Source of the DNA: a virus
Taxonomy: Duplodnaviria; Caudoviricetes
DNA length: 64,000 nt
Virus record (IMG/VR): IMGVR_UViG_3300037183_000125
Coordinates: 69,886 to 133,885 of that record
Strand: one strand, 5' to 3'
Part shown: one piece after another, positions 22,301 through 31,507 of the stretch
Numbering within the stretch: position 1 is the first letter of the stretch
Layout of the letters: each line of letters starts with the position of its first letter
Notes under the pieces: model-generated
What the model saw: the letters and a program-made list of their open reading frames with translations, nothing else
Databases searched by the model: none
What the model was told of the DNA's origin: nothing
Program-made: the position numbers and the translations under genes

Positions 22301-22970
22301 AAGCCATTATGTCCTTGGCATACTGGGCCGTGACCGGCTGCTCGGCACCGTACTCCGGGCGATAGGACAGAAAGGACCCATCGGTTATGGAGAAATCACC
22401 CATAGCGTCGCGCGCGAGGGTGATGATGACGGTGTACGGGTTCATGTTCGCGAAGCTGTTCCCGAACAGCTGCCACCCGGACTGCGACTTCGACGCGTCG
22501 AGGAAGGCAGGGTTGGTGTTGAAGTTCGTCAGCTCCCACCACCGGAGTATGTCGCGACATGCCAGGCTTATGGTCGTAACGCCGTTACTCCAGCCCTTGG
22601 TTACTGAGGACACGATCCCCCAGAAGATACGATAGTATTGGGGGACCCCGCCTATGGAGTAATAGCCCTTGGCGAAGACCTCGACCTCCATCATCGACAT
22701 GATGACAAGCCGACCGTCCACGTAGAACTCGTTGACGTCGGTGTCCGGAACGGAGAGCGTTATGGTGGCCGAGCCCTGCGCCGGCGAGTCAACGTCGGCC
22801 TCCGTGTTCACGGCCGTCACGTAGCGGTTGAGGTCGACGGGACGACGACACTCTCCGCACGCAATCACGCTCGTCTCGCCCTGGATGGAGACGTACACGT
22901 CCGGCGTCAGAGAAACGAAGGGGCGGGCGTTGGGCGTCCACGTTCCCTTGAAGGCGGAGACACGGGTCAC
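19356..22970 (-). CDS. Baseplate hub protein (gp27/gpD-like) with long C-terminal extension
   Basis: RIFWGIVSSV, ELYCDPTGDIVFKPPFY, GTITIPMRPELKIG, FFYVSSISHGF match hub-type proteins; position between tube initiators and spike. Confidence 0.7.
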   Translation of the reverse strand: MTRVSAFKGTWTPNARPFVSLTPDVYVSIQGETSVIACGECRRPVDLNRYVTAVNTEADVDSPAQGSATITLSVPDTDVNEFYVDGRLVIMSMMEVEVFAKGYYSIGGVPQYYRIFWGIVSSVTKGWSNGVTTISLACRDILRWWELTNFNTNPAFLDASKSQSGWQLFGNSFANMNPYTVIITLARDAMGDFSITDGSFLSYRPEYGAEQPVTAQYAKDIMAYWQLKFGNIWNSLVMYGTSGQAYSFSGLSGNVSPLQISQQLFEQEAKNLSANPATSLFKVNPFENAVWKQELSKAAQINFFQTESQTKLEIAVTARDQAGGFELYCDPTGDIVFKPPFYNMNVLPNKPVSWIQDFEIMDDSISDNEQDVYTHVTSHGDAFSNGSMDYGLNSDITTPRTGVIDFHLLKRYGWRRLDVQVNWAADAKKLFFHLLDQIDKINSKRESGTITIPMRPELKIGFPVWIPRYDAFFYVSSISHGFSVGGQATSTLTLKAKRQKFIAPKNIGTIKSTSEKTYSVSFPSDVGQTTSLTETGQTADYGGPMVLRNPKTGALLGYPNAVMVYRQTLDGVTLQRVLQQSGSTKGAKPKTQDKQKPSGPNFSYNQISGNILADLASSRRAEIVDRLRLNRYEAGMTNAGVYDYAHDASGNFLEFAVVPADKITWDSKDSSPEGDAAVGNKERQESLASDLKDLQGQRTAAIAAAKAAKAASLTADQALAAFSKKNPPQGNELSAAASQLTNQVTLLKEAAAAAAANLTNIQNQIKVKTAESQSIRKLTPISIMIRPVSDEFGFEVIGHYRYGRGTFIDRGQVQLPNPDERNANPSTSVNKLDIQFAPVGGLLTDNPVQGNLGPQSANYGEMFERMSPDDYVTGASFKGSNYAPDATVQQLSLVGQSTYTDSINNARTKAGVAVFAEADAVRRAQTLAELSPTVKGGLSTVGYNDCTCVLGKTTWLSILPLNIVRQLLGPVLSTPAGISGDAATALSEGAPSEGEIASSGISGVVGAKAVSEADSQLLTNAVVGNGFTLDSPGGFFNVLNKFLTDKFTRDYDSNAQRESYDKNGGKTVVRPNEGTESDNLVSDPQSALFGRAAQGDPAALRSLQGQANFNFGRTKQADAEFNASFTNAKQQLGSAISDLPGSIWDSSKGGLVNAGTVGISGTSVGSGPSRGPQPGVQPQFQPPGVSPKIGQTINPGQPPDLRVR

Positions 22971-24607
22971 CTGGACACCTGCGGCTGGAAGCCTGTGTTG
23001 ACGCCTATCTCGAAGTCCGTGAACCGCCCGTCGTTTCCGGCATCGAAGTAGTACCTGACGTTAAAGCGACAGCTGTAGGCCATATTGTGCGGCTTCATGT
23101 CGGCGTCGGTTATCTCGAAGGAGTCGAAGGAACCGACGTAGATGAAATTGTCGAAGTAGATGAAGACGCTGTACCCGAGCATCGCGATCCCGAGGTCCGC
23201 CTCCGGGCCCGAGTATATTATGCCGTTGGTCTTGTAGATGGACAGAAGGGAGAGAAGGTTCAGGTAGCTCGCGCTGTACGTGCGGAGCTCCCCCGCCAGG
23301 CCGCCGTTCCCCTCGGAGTCGACGACGTACTGGCCGGCGGTCACGCCTGACATGGAGATGACGGTCGGCCTCTCGAGCCAGACGTGGACGATATTCCCGT
23401 ACCGGCCCTTGACAGTGTTGTCAACGGTGGGCTCGAATGCCCTGGTGAAGTCGCTCGGGTTCACCATCAGGAGGAGCCCCGGAACGTTCTGAAGAGTGTT
23501 AATCTGGGCGCGGAGGGCGTCCGTCTGCCTCCTGACAACGTCCGCCCGGTCCGGGTCGTATTGGACGAGCTTGCCGATCCTGTCGCCCTGCGGGTCCGAC
23601 TCAGCCTGGGTCGTCCCGTTTATCATGATATTGCGGGCGACCTGGTCACCGGTCTCGATGGTGTCGGTGGCGAAGGTCGGGGAGTCAACGGTCGGGGCGG
23701 CCCCAATGTGCCCGCCGAGCTGGCCCCGAGCAACGCCGGCCTCTATCTGGTTCACCCGGATCTGCATGGCTCTAGTGTAGTCAGCCTGATCCTGGACATG
23801 ATAGTTATAGTGGCCGCCGGCGCCGTTAGGGAGAAGGCCCGCATTATATCCGTCGAGGGTCGTCGCGTTGACAGCACCGTTCCAGTTGTTCATGAGATAG
23901 TAGACCTGAGCGGAAACCCCATCGTCCAGGCTCGTGTGAGCGCCATAATACACGGCATACGGGGTCCCATCTTTATCGGTATCTTGGCTCAAATAGTAGG
24001 AACCACCCTTCGGAGGAGTCGGTGTCTGGCCTACTGGAGCTCTGGAGCCGCTGGCGTGAGTATTCCCAAAGTTGAAGTTGGTGGTCGGAATGGACGAGGA
24101 GGTACCACCACGCTCCACCATAATTTGGGCCGTAACCCAGTTAACCATGTTCTCGGAGGGATAGACTCCCGACTGCTTGTAAAAGTTCTCGTAGACGGAC
24201 TGGCGAACGTCACCGACAGACGAAGTCTGACTTGTTTTCTGAAGAAGCCCAGCGTTACCGAAGACGGGCTTGTTCTTCACCGTTACGAGCGGTCCTGACC
24301 CCTGTGCAGTGTTGCCGGACGGGGACGTGTTGGCCCCCGTCGGGAAGGGCTGGGACTGAATGTCCGCGACGGACGTCTGGATCTTCTTGAACGGGATGAA
24401 GTCGATGGGGACGTCGGGCGGTATGATGCCGACGATGAACGGCTTGAAGTTCTTCCGCGCGGGCATGGCGGTGCCGTAGTTCTGGGCACCCTCCCCGCCG
24501 GGCGCACCGAGGCCGTAGTTCTGAGGCAGGACGAGCTGCTCCATGTACGACATTATGTTCAACAGCGGGCTCGAGATCTTGGCCGCTATGTTCCGGGGGA
24601 TCGCCAT
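22967..24607 (-). CDS. Tail protein: glucosaminidase/lysozyme-like domain plus tube-initiator-like domain
   Basis: Start taken at ATG 24607 (MAIPRNIAAK). TAQIMVERGG...NFNFGN...HTSLDDGV resembles FlgJ/GH73 motifs. C-terminal LMVNPSDF...VW..RPTVISMSG is paralogous to the next gene. Confidence 0.55.
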   Translation of the reverse strand: MAIPRNIAAKISSPLLNIMSYMEQLVLPQNYGLGAPGGEGAQNYGTAMPARKNFKPFIVGIIPPDVPIDFIPFKKIQTSVADIQSQPFPTGANTSPSGNTAQGSGPLVTVKNKPVFGNAGLLQKTSQTSSVGDVRQSVYENFYKQSGVYPSENMVNWVTAQIMVERGGTSSSIPTTNFNFGNTHASGSRAPVGQTPTPPKGGSYYLSQDTDKDGTPYAVYYGAHTSLDDGVSAQVYYLMNNWNGAVNATTLDGYNAGLLPNGAGGHYNYHVQDQADYTRAMQIRVNQIEAGVARGQLGGHIGAAPTVDSPTFATDTIETGDQVARNIMINGTTQAESDPQGDRIGKLVQYDPDRADVVRRQTDALRAQINTLQNVPGLLLMVNPSDFTRAFEPTVDNTVKGRYGNIVHVWLERPTVISMSGVTAGQYVVDSEGNGGLAGELRTYSASYLNLLSLLSIYKTNGIIYSGPEADLGIAMLGYSVFIYFDNFIYVGSFDSFEITDADMKPHNMAYSCRFNVRYYFDAGNDGRFTDFEIGVNTGFQPQVSR

Positions 24608-25407
24608 CAGGTGTTCTTCGGGCTCCCGACGCCCGGGAAGAGAGTAGAATTGATCTGATTGTCTGACGGGGAGGCGGAGGGGGCCACGGGGCTCTGGGCA
24701 GGCGGGGAGAAGTCCCCGGTCCCGTTCACGAGGTCGTCCTCCGCCTGCTGGGCGCTCCCGGAGGCCTTCGAGGAGAAGGGGTAGACGTTGCGGCTGGTGG
24801 AGCCCGGGAAGGTGTAGAGGCTCTCCTCGACGGCGAACTCCCACTGCAGGTCGAAGGTGAAGGCCTTCTCGTCGGTCTCCTTCACCTCGAAGTGCGTGAA
24901 ATGCCCGTAGTAGATGCCGCGGTCGTAGATGACCATGACGCGGCCGCGCAGGACCGGCTGGCCCTGGCCGTTGAATATGACGCCGTTGTTGTGGAAGAGC
25001 TCGAGGAGGTCCTCCTGGCGCTCCCAGGCCATGGTGGCGTGGCGCCCGCGGCCGCCGCGGGCGACCGATGGCCGGCCGAAGGCGCCGCCCGTGTCGTCCG
25101 ACCCGGCGGTGAGGCCAACGTCCGGACCCAGGAAGGCACCGGTGCTGGAGGTCACCGAGAGGGTCGTGAGCTCGTCCGGCCAGTTGAACTCGACGAAGCC
25201 ACCGACCGTCATCACGACGTTCTTGCTTTTAGTGTGTCCCTCCGTTAGGTCCGACGGGTTGACGTGGGCGGCGAGCAGGTATGGATAGAGCGGCTGCCGC
25301 ATGGGGTCCGTGATCTGGAACAGGAACGGGCGTCCGCCGCGCCTGGCGCGCGCGGCGAGGGCGTCCGCCTGGAGCGGGTTCTTGACGTTCGGGAGCTCTA
25401 CGGGCAT
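24607..25407 (-). CDS. Tail tube initiator/baseplate tube-like protein
   Basis: HVNPSDL...FNWPDELTTLSVTSSTG...YYGHFTHFEV; immediately after the tape measure gene. Confidence 0.55.
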   Translation of the reverse strand: MPVELPNVKNPLQADALAARARRGGRPFLFQITDPMRQPLYPYLLAAHVNPSDLTEGHTKSKNVVMTVGGFVEFNWPDELTTLSVTSSTGAFLGPDVGLTAGSDDTGGAFGRPSVARGGRGRHATMAWERQEDLLELFHNNGVIFNGQGQPVLRGRVMVIYDRGIYYGHFTHFEVKETDEKAFTFDLQWEFAVEESLYTFPGSTSRNVYPFSSKASGSAQQAEDDLVNGTGDFSPPAQSPVAPSASPSDNQINSTLFPGVGSPKNT

Positions 25408-25408
25408 G

Positions 25409-28400
25409 CTATCTCCTCCTGGATATTCTGTCCATCGCGCCGAACACCGCGCCCTCGAGCTGCTTCGGGGACAGGCCGCTCCCGTTTATGACGACGTTCG
25501 CGTTCACGGTCCCGCCCCCGCCGCCGTCCCCGGAGCCGCCGGCAGGCATGGCCGGGACGACGTACTCGCCACGGTGGAGGCGATAGTTCCCGGTGTCCGG
25601 TATCGGGCCCCCGGTCTGCTTGCTCGCCACCTGGTCCGTCTGCGTCTTCCGGAGGTCGGCCAACGGGTTCCCGCTGGAGACGTCGGCCCCCATTATCGCG
25701 TCCAGCCCGCCGGCCTTGATGACCTCGTCCCCCTGGTCGGCCACCATGCTACGAATTGCAGGAGAGTTCTGCATCTTCGCCTGCATGATGCCGAACTCCA
25801 TCAGGGCGTCCTTGAAAGACAACAGAGTGCTGTCGCGGATGGTCTTCGCGTACGGGCCGTTCAGGAAGCTCGGCTCGATACGGATCCCGCGCTTGAGTAT
25901 GGACGCCACGTCCTGGATGCCGTCGTAGACGTCGCCCGTCGCCTTCTTCTGGTCGGTGGCCGCGTCCTTCTGCACGTCGGTCACGGCCTTCGTCTGCTCC
26001 TGCGACACCTTGGCCGCCGGGCTCGAGGAGATGGTAGACGTAGTGGCCGGGGTCGCGGAGGCGGCCGGGGAGGCCGCGTCGGCGACGGCCCCGAAGGCCT
26101 TGTCCGCGTCGGCGCCCATGTCGCTGATCTTCTTCCCGAGGGCGACGGTGTCGCTCGCGTCAGCCATGGCGGCCGGATCTACAGCCGTCTGTCGTATCCC
26201 GAGAGTCGAGGTCCCGGTCCGGCGCATGCCTCCCGTGTCGGCGGCCTTCTTATCGGCCTCGGTTAGGGCCTTGGGGAGGACGTCCTGGCCGAACTTGAGG
26301 AGGGCGTCGGTGTCGCTCCTTCCGCCCTTGAAGGCGACCAGCGTCTGCATGGCCTTCCCGAAGTCGCCCTTGTCGAGGGCGTCGGTGACGGACTTCATGT
26401 TGTTCGTCTTCTGGGCCTTACCCATCCCGGACTCGTCCATCGCCTTGCTGATGGCGGTGGACATGGCGGTCTTGAGGGCCTCGGCGTTCGCGCCACCGCC
26501 GGGCTCGGCCTTCATCTTCTCGTACTGGGACTTATAGTAGTCGCCGGCGGTGCTGGCCAGGGCCATCCCGGACTTCCCGGCCTCAACCCCGCCCTTCAGC
26601 GTGTCTTTGTAGTCGCCGAACGACTTCTGGTGCGCGGCGCTGTAGCCGGACACGTTGTATTTGTCGATGGCCGCCTTGCCCTTGGCCTTGGCGCCGTCCC
26701 CGCTGATCCAGTCGAGGATGGAGTTGAAGATGTTGTTCAGAACCTTCAGGACTCCGTCGACCTTCTCGTAGATCTGCTCGAGGATGAAGCCAATGACGTT
26801 GTCGAGCTTCTCGCCAAGGGAGACCGTGGCGTCCGCGTTCTCGGTGGCGAGGTCGAGGGCCGTCTTCTGCGTCTTCTCGCTCTTGTTCGAGAGCTCGGCG
26901 GCGGCCGCGATGTCGTCCTGCGAGGCCTTGGCCATGTCGCGCGGGGTGATCTGGTCCGCAGTCTTCCCGGTCTTCTGCGCCAGGACCTTCTTCAAGGCGT
27001 CGTCCATCGACTTGCTGACCGTCGTCCCATACTCCTGGAGCGACTTCTGGTATAGGTTCATCGAGTCGTTGAACTGATTCAGGGCGTCAACCTGGTCCTG
27101 GGACCACCCGCGCGACTCGGCGATCTGCTCCTTCAGCTGGGAGACGCGGGCGCCGGGCTTGCCGCCGCCGAGGCGCTGGATCTCCGCCTCCATGATCTTG
27201 GCCATGTCGCGCATGCTAGCGCCCTTGAGGGCCGAGGCCTCGCCGAGAGCGTCGCCCGAGCGACGGTCACCCTCCACGCCCATGAGCTTCTGAGCCTCGC
27301 CGATGGAGGCCGCGGAGGCACCGCGCGACTTCGCCTGGATGAGTATATCCTTCATCGCCTCCTTGTCGCCCTTCTTGAAGGCGGCCGCGAACTTGTCGCC
27401 GAGCCCCTCGCCGACCTGGTCGTTCAGGGAGACCGCGAGCGTGTCGGCCTTCTTGGAGAAGCCCTCGGCCAGGATCTTGTCGGTCTTGCCGATGCCGGCC
27501 ACGAGAACGTGCTGGACGCGCTCGAGAAAGGACTGGCCTTTGAAACCCTTGAAGGCCTCCATATACTTCTTCACGTCCTCGGCGGACATGTTCTTAGATA
27601 GCATCTTGATGACGCCGGTGAGCTCCTCCATCCGGTTCGTGTAGAGCTCGAGGGCGGGCGTCGTCGCCCGGAAGATGTCCATGAACTTGGACACGGGCAT
27701 GTTCGAGGTGGCGGCCGCCTTGACAATGTTGCTCATGATGTTCTGGGTCTGGCGGGCGCCGAGGCCGACCTCGCTCTCCATCTTCCCCATCATGCCGGCG
27801 ACGTCGGTGACCTCCATCCCGAGGGCCTTGCCATAGGCCATGGCGTTCTTCGCGAGGACCTCGATGCCCTTCGCCGTGTCTCCCTCCCCGAGGGCGGTCA
27901 TGGCGTCGCGCGTTTTCATAATGGAGCCCGAGGCGTCCTTCATGTACGAGTTGACGATCTTGCCCGTCATCTCGACGTTCCCGCCCATCTTGAGCAGATG
28001 GAGCGAGGCGTCCTTCGTGCTCTTCCTCAGGTCGTCGATGGCGGTCGTGTAGGCGCCGGTCTTCGTGGTGAAGTCGTTGGCCGTGCCGGACCCATTGATC
28101 AGGGCCTTGTTCATGCCGGTGATGGCGGAGCTGGCCTTAGCAATAAAGCCGATGAGGGCAGCGAACCCGACAGCAAGGCCGGAGAGCACAGGAGCGAACT
28201 TCGCGAGCGCCGCTGCCCCGCCACCCTCTCCGGAGAGCTGGGCCCGAGCACTGACGCCGGAAGAGTACTTGGACCCCGACTTGACTCCGCCGTGGATGCC
28301 GGACAGGGCGCCCTTGACGCCGCCGGTCCGGGCCCGGCTGAACGAGGAGGCGAACTCCTTGCGGAAGTCCTTCCCCGTGTAGGCCGCCGCCTTCTTGAGC

Positions 28401-28882
28401 TGCTCGCGCTCGAGCTTGCGGGCCTTGATGCTCTGCTTGATCTCGTTTATGCTGGCCTTCTCGGCCTTCTGGCTCTCCTTAAGCTGACGGGTGAGGCCCA
28501 TCATCTGCTTCTCGGCGTCGCTCGCCGCGGACGAGGCGGAGGCCCTCTCGCGCGGGTCCGTCGCCGTGGAGGCCTTCCGCTTCAGCTCCTCGGCCCTCTT
28601 CTTGGCCTCCTGGAGCTGCTTCGCCAGGGCGGCCATCTCCTTGACCGACTTCTTGGTCGCGTCGGAGAGGCTGCCGGACATGGCGGCCGCGGCCTTGGAG
28701 ATCTTGGCTATCTCGGCCACGGCGGACCCGGAGCTCTTGGAGATGCCAGCCCAATCCGTCTTCATGGACGCCAGGCGCTTCGTGACGCCCCCGAAGTCCT
28801 TCTCCATCTTCTTGAGGGCTTGGCGGTCCCACTCGGGCTTTACGAGAACCTTTGTGGTGAGTGTCTCCTTGTTAGTGGGCAT
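25409..28882 (-). CDS. Tail tape measure protein
   Basis: 1157 aa, A/K/M-rich helical and coiled-coil, one hydrophobic segment, C-terminal GGPIPDTG...LHRGEYVVP motif typical of tape measures; follows tube and chaperones. Confidence 0.8.
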   Translation of the reverse strand: MPTNKETLTTKVLVKPEWDRQALKKMEKDFGGVTKRLASMKTDWAGISKSSGSAVAEIAKISKAAAAMSGSLSDATKKSVKEMAALAKQLQEAKKRAEELKRKASTATDPRERASASSAASDAEKQMMGLTRQLKESQKAEKASINEIKQSIKARKLEREQLKKAAAYTGKDFRKEFASSFSRARTGGVKGALSGIHGGVKSGSKYSSGVSARAQLSGEGGGAAALAKFAPVLSGLAVGFAALIGFIAKASSAITGMNKALINGSGTANDFTTKTGAYTTAIDDLRKSTKDASLHLLKMGGNVEMTGKIVNSYMKDASGSIMKTRDAMTALGEGDTAKGIEVLAKNAMAYGKALGMEVTDVAGMMGKMESEVGLGARQTQNIMSNIVKAAATSNMPVSKFMDIFRATTPALELYTNRMEELTGVIKMLSKNMSAEDVKKYMEAFKGFKGQSFLERVQHVLVAGIGKTDKILAEGFSKKADTLAVSLNDQVGEGLGDKFAAAFKKGDKEAMKDILIQAKSRGASAASIGEAQKLMGVEGDRRSGDALGEASALKGASMRDMAKIMEAEIQRLGGGKPGARVSQLKEQIAESRGWSQDQVDALNQFNDSMNLYQKSLQEYGTTVSKSMDDALKKVLAQKTGKTADQITPRDMAKASQDDIAAAAELSNKSEKTQKTALDLATENADATVSLGEKLDNVIGFILEQIYEKVDGVLKVLNNIFNSILDWISGDGAKAKGKAAIDKYNVSGYSAAHQKSFGDYKDTLKGGVEAGKSGMALASTAGDYYKSQYEKMKAEPGGGANAEALKTAMSTAISKAMDESGMGKAQKTNNMKSVTDALDKGDFGKAMQTLVAFKGGRSDTDALLKFGQDVLPKALTEADKKAADTGGMRRTGTSTLGIRQTAVDPAAMADASDTVALGKKISDMGADADKAFGAVADAASPAASATPATTSTISSSPAAKVSQEQTKAVTDVQKDAATDQKKATGDVYDGIQDVASILKRGIRIEPSFLNGPYAKTIRDSTLLSFKDALMEFGIMQAKMQNSPAIRSMVADQGDEVIKAGGLDAIMGADVSSGNPLADLRKTQTDQVASKQTGGPIPDTGNYRLHRGEYVVPAMPAGGSGDGGGGGTVNANVVINGSGLSPKQLEGAVFGAMDRISRRR

Positions 28883-28887
28883 TCAGG

Positions 28888-30042
28888 TCACTCCACCCCC
28901 GGGCCGTCATCGGAGTTCTCTGCGTCCGGCCCGTCGATCTGACGGTGGTGCCTGACCATCTGGTCCCGCTGGAGACCCCGAATGCGGGCCAGAAGGGCGT
29001 CGGCGTCCGCCTTCCCGCCAAGGACGCGGGAGGAGCCGGAGACCGGGACGCCCTTGTCCACGAACTGCGGGGCATAGTATATCCTCTGCCGGGAGTCGTC
29101 CATGGACTCCGCGCGCTCCCGGATCTGGCGCATCTTCGCCTCGACGACCAAGTCGTGATGGTCCTTCTCCTCGTTCAGGACGGCCGACATCTGGTCGGCG
29201 AGCTCCTGGGCGCTGTCGGCGCGGAAACGGCCGACGACGACGGCCTTCCTGCCGTCCGGGAGGAAGACTTCGGGCTCCTTGAACTCGCCGGGGGTGCGGT
29301 TCAGGTAGCCGTGCAGGACCTTGATCTTGAGCTCCTCGAGCTCGGCCTTCTCCCGCGCCGCACGGGCCTTGTCCTTCTCGTCGACGGACCGGACGCCCTT
29401 CCCGGCGAAGCAGGAGCCAACGAACTTCGCGTTGGTCCAGTCCCGCTCCATCTGCTCCTTGACGTCAAGAAGACGGTTGAGGGCGGTCCAGGACTGCTGA
29501 CAGTAGTTCATTCCGATCTCGTCCGTCCCGTGAACCCCTGTGTTCAGGGGAGCGTGGACCGGGGACCCGGAGCTGTGCATCCAGCGAAAGCGGGACCTGG
29601 ACTCGTGGACGAACACCTCGACCAGAGGACGGAGGCGGGCCGCCTTCTCGTTAAGGGCTGCGAGGGACTCGACAATGGAGTCCTGGGCGGCCGCTGGAAG
29701 CTTGGAGACGACCTTGAGGAGACGGGCGGTCTTACGGTGACGGTCCGGAAGCAGGTTCTCCCCGTCGATCATGAAGACGCTGTTGGAGATGAGGGCCGAG
29801 CGGTGGAGGGACTGCGTCTCCGACGGGGCAGTCTTCAGAGGCCTGAGGTAGGAGACATACCGCAGCTCGTGATGGTTGATGGTCTTGAAGACGAACGTTT
29901 TGCCTAGAATGTGGGCAGAGCTCGTCAGGAAGCCCTGGTATAGGTAGGCCTCGAGGTCGGACCAGATCTCGTCGTCGTCGACCGGACGATAGTTGTCCGG
30001 GACGCTGATCTGGACGCGCTGGGTCGAGGCCTCATCGGACAT
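28888..30042 (-). CDS. Putative tail assembly chaperone
   Basis: Position immediately upstream of the tape measure gene; FVFKTINHHE motif. Confidence 0.5.
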   Translation of the reverse strand: MSDEASTQRVQISVPDNYRPVDDDEIWSDLEAYLYQGFLTSSAHILGKTFVFKTINHHELRYVSYLRPLKTAPSETQSLHRSALISNSVFMIDGENLLPDRHRKTARLLKVVSKLPAAAQDSIVESLAALNEKAARLRPLVEVFVHESRSRFRWMHSSGSPVHAPLNTGVHGTDEIGMNYCQQSWTALNRLLDVKEQMERDWTNAKFVGSCFAGKGVRSVDEKDKARAAREKAELEELKIKVLHGYLNRTPGEFKEPEVFLPDGRKAVVVGRFRADSAQELADQMSAVLNEEKDHHDLVVEAKMRQIRERAESMDDSRQRIYYAPQFVDKGVPVSGSSRVLGGKADADALLARIRGLQRDQMVRHHRQIDGPDAENSDDGPGVE

Positions 30043-30048
30043 AGGCCG

Positions 30049-31074
30049 TCAGCGGAGGCCGGCGTTCCGGAACCTCGGGTTCTTGCTCTGGCCGGCCGGG
30101 TTCGGGTTCACCCTCGGAGGGTCGACCACGACGCGGGCGGCGCCCTTTTCCAGGACCTCGGAGGGGACAGAGGGCTGGGCCGCGTGGGCCCTGACCGCCG
30201 GGCGGACCATGGTCGGGGCGGCCCCGGAGATGGGAGCGGAAGTGCGGCGCTGGGCGAGGGCCGCCTCGATGGCGCTCGGGGCCGAGGACGTCGGGGCCGA
30301 AGGGACCGGGACGGGGACCGGCGGCGGTGCGGACGGGGTGACGAAGGCCGGAGCCTGCGGCTCCGGAGGGGCCTGCTGGGCGCGCATGGCCTTCACGTGC
30401 GCGAACGGGTCGAAGTCCTCCTCCGCGCCGTCGAACGAGACGGGCTCCCTGGACGACCCCTCGTCCCGGGCGGCCGGGGCGAGACCCTCGAGCTCCTCCT
30501 CCGTCGGGACGGAGGACCCGGCGTCGTCGGCCCGGGGCTCGTCCCCGAGGTCCAGGCGCTGTGCCTCGATCAGGGGCGGCTTGCCGAGGCGCTCACGGAG
30601 CGCGGCGGCCCTCTCCTCGAGCTCCTCGAGCTCCGCCTCCGGGCTCTTCGCGTTCTCGAAGACGATGTCCTTGACGAGGTCCTTCTTGTGGCTCTCCATG
30701 ATGTCGGAGTAGACCTCGAAGACCACGTCGATGAACTCGGCGTCCCAGTTCGCGATCTTGCGGTAGATGACCTCCGGAAGGTCCACGAGCTCGTTGCTCT
30801 TCCCGTCCCTGCCGCGGACCTTGATGGTCTTCCCCGCGGCGCGGAGGGGGCGCAGGTCGCTCCCGTTCACGCCGACGATGGCGGCCGACAGGGTTACGCG
30901 CTTGGCCTCCTCGAGGCCGAACTCGCCCTCGAGGACCTTCTTCACTCGGTTCGACTGGGTGTAGTCGATGGTGGTAAGCCAGAGCTCGAAGTCCCCGACC
31001 TTCCGGACCCAGTACTTGTCGAGGTTGACGTTCGTGAGCTGACGGTCCAGCTCGGCCAGGATGTCTTCGTCCAT
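30049..31074 (-). CDS. Putative tail assembly chaperone with acidic/Pro-rich tail
   Basis: Start taken at ATG 31074 (MDEDIL), supported by an upstream GTATCGT motif; between tube and tape measure. Confidence 0.5.
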   Translation of the reverse strand: MDEDILAELDRQLTNVNLDKYWVRKVGDFELWLTTIDYTQSNRVKKVLEGEFGLEEAKRVTLSAAIVGVNGSDLRPLRAAGKTIKVRGRDGKSNELVDLPEVIYRKIANWDAEFIDVVFEVYSDIMESHKKDLVKDIVFENAKSPEAELEELEERAAALRERLGKPPLIEAQRLDLGDEPRADDAGSSVPTEEELEGLAPAARDEGSSREPVSFDGAEEDFDPFAHVKAMRAQQAPPEPQAPAFVTPSAPPPVPVPVPSAPTSSAPSAIEAALAQRRTSAPISGAAPTMVRPAVRAHAAQPSVPSEVLEKGAARVVVDPPRVNPNPAGQSKNPRFRNAGLR

Positions 31075-31081
31075 GAAGAGG

Positions 31082-31088
31082 ACGATAC
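31082..31088 (-). promoter_or_regulatory. GTAnnGT motif (GTATCGT), 7 nt before ATG 31074
   Basis: Recurrent motif; no SD. Confidence 0.55.
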
Positions 31089-31090
31089 CG

Positions 31091-31507
31091 TCACATTCTC
31101 TCACCAGTGAGAGCGTTGACAACCTCCGCCTTGGAGAAAACGGCTATCGAGTCTGAGTCCCCTCCTTGAAGGTAGGCGTCATACCCCTCTTCCTCAAGCT
31201 TTTTGAAGAAACCCTCCTCGCTGATCCTGTCCATGTCCCCGTAGTACCAGTCGTTTTCTTCTTCGGTAGGCGTGTACGGGTTCTGAACGTTGATCCAGCA
31301 GGTCAGAACCTCCCCCTTCCCGTCTGCCGTATAAAGGTCGTCAACCCATCCCTGCCTCCCGGCGAACCAAACTCCGTTGTCGGGGCGCCGGAACTTCTTG
31401 ACGGACTTGGACCTGGAGCCGTGGTAGACAGGATAACCTACCTTGGATCCGGGAAAAGGATTCGGGACAAGACCCGGTTCTCCCACCGGGTCTTCTTCAG
31501 CCGCCAC
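31091..31507 (-). CDS. ADP-ribosyltransferase-fold protein (ART-PolyVal-like)
   Basis: VYHGS...F...GVWFA...CWINVQNPY...GYDA...IAVF pattern; start uncertain. Confidence 0.6.
   Translation of the reverse strand: MAAEEDPVGEPGLVPNPFPGSKVGYPVYHGSRSKSVKKFRRPDNGVWFAGRQGWVDDLYTADGKGEVLTCWINVQNPYTPTEEENDWYYGDMDRISEEGFFKKLEEEGYDAYLQGGDSDSIAVFSKAEVVNALTGERM

Noticed and set aside
24608-24844. N-terminal extension of the 22967-24844 ORF
   Set aside because: Overlaps the upstream gene; ATG 24607 coupled to its TGA is the more plausible start. Similar trimming was applied at 9506, 31074, 40934, 49196, 56346, 56995 and 60643.
28888-31074. Programmed tail-chaperone frameshift (lambda G/GT type)
   Set aside because: The two ORFs are separate with their own ATGs, and I saw no slippery heptamer at the junction.
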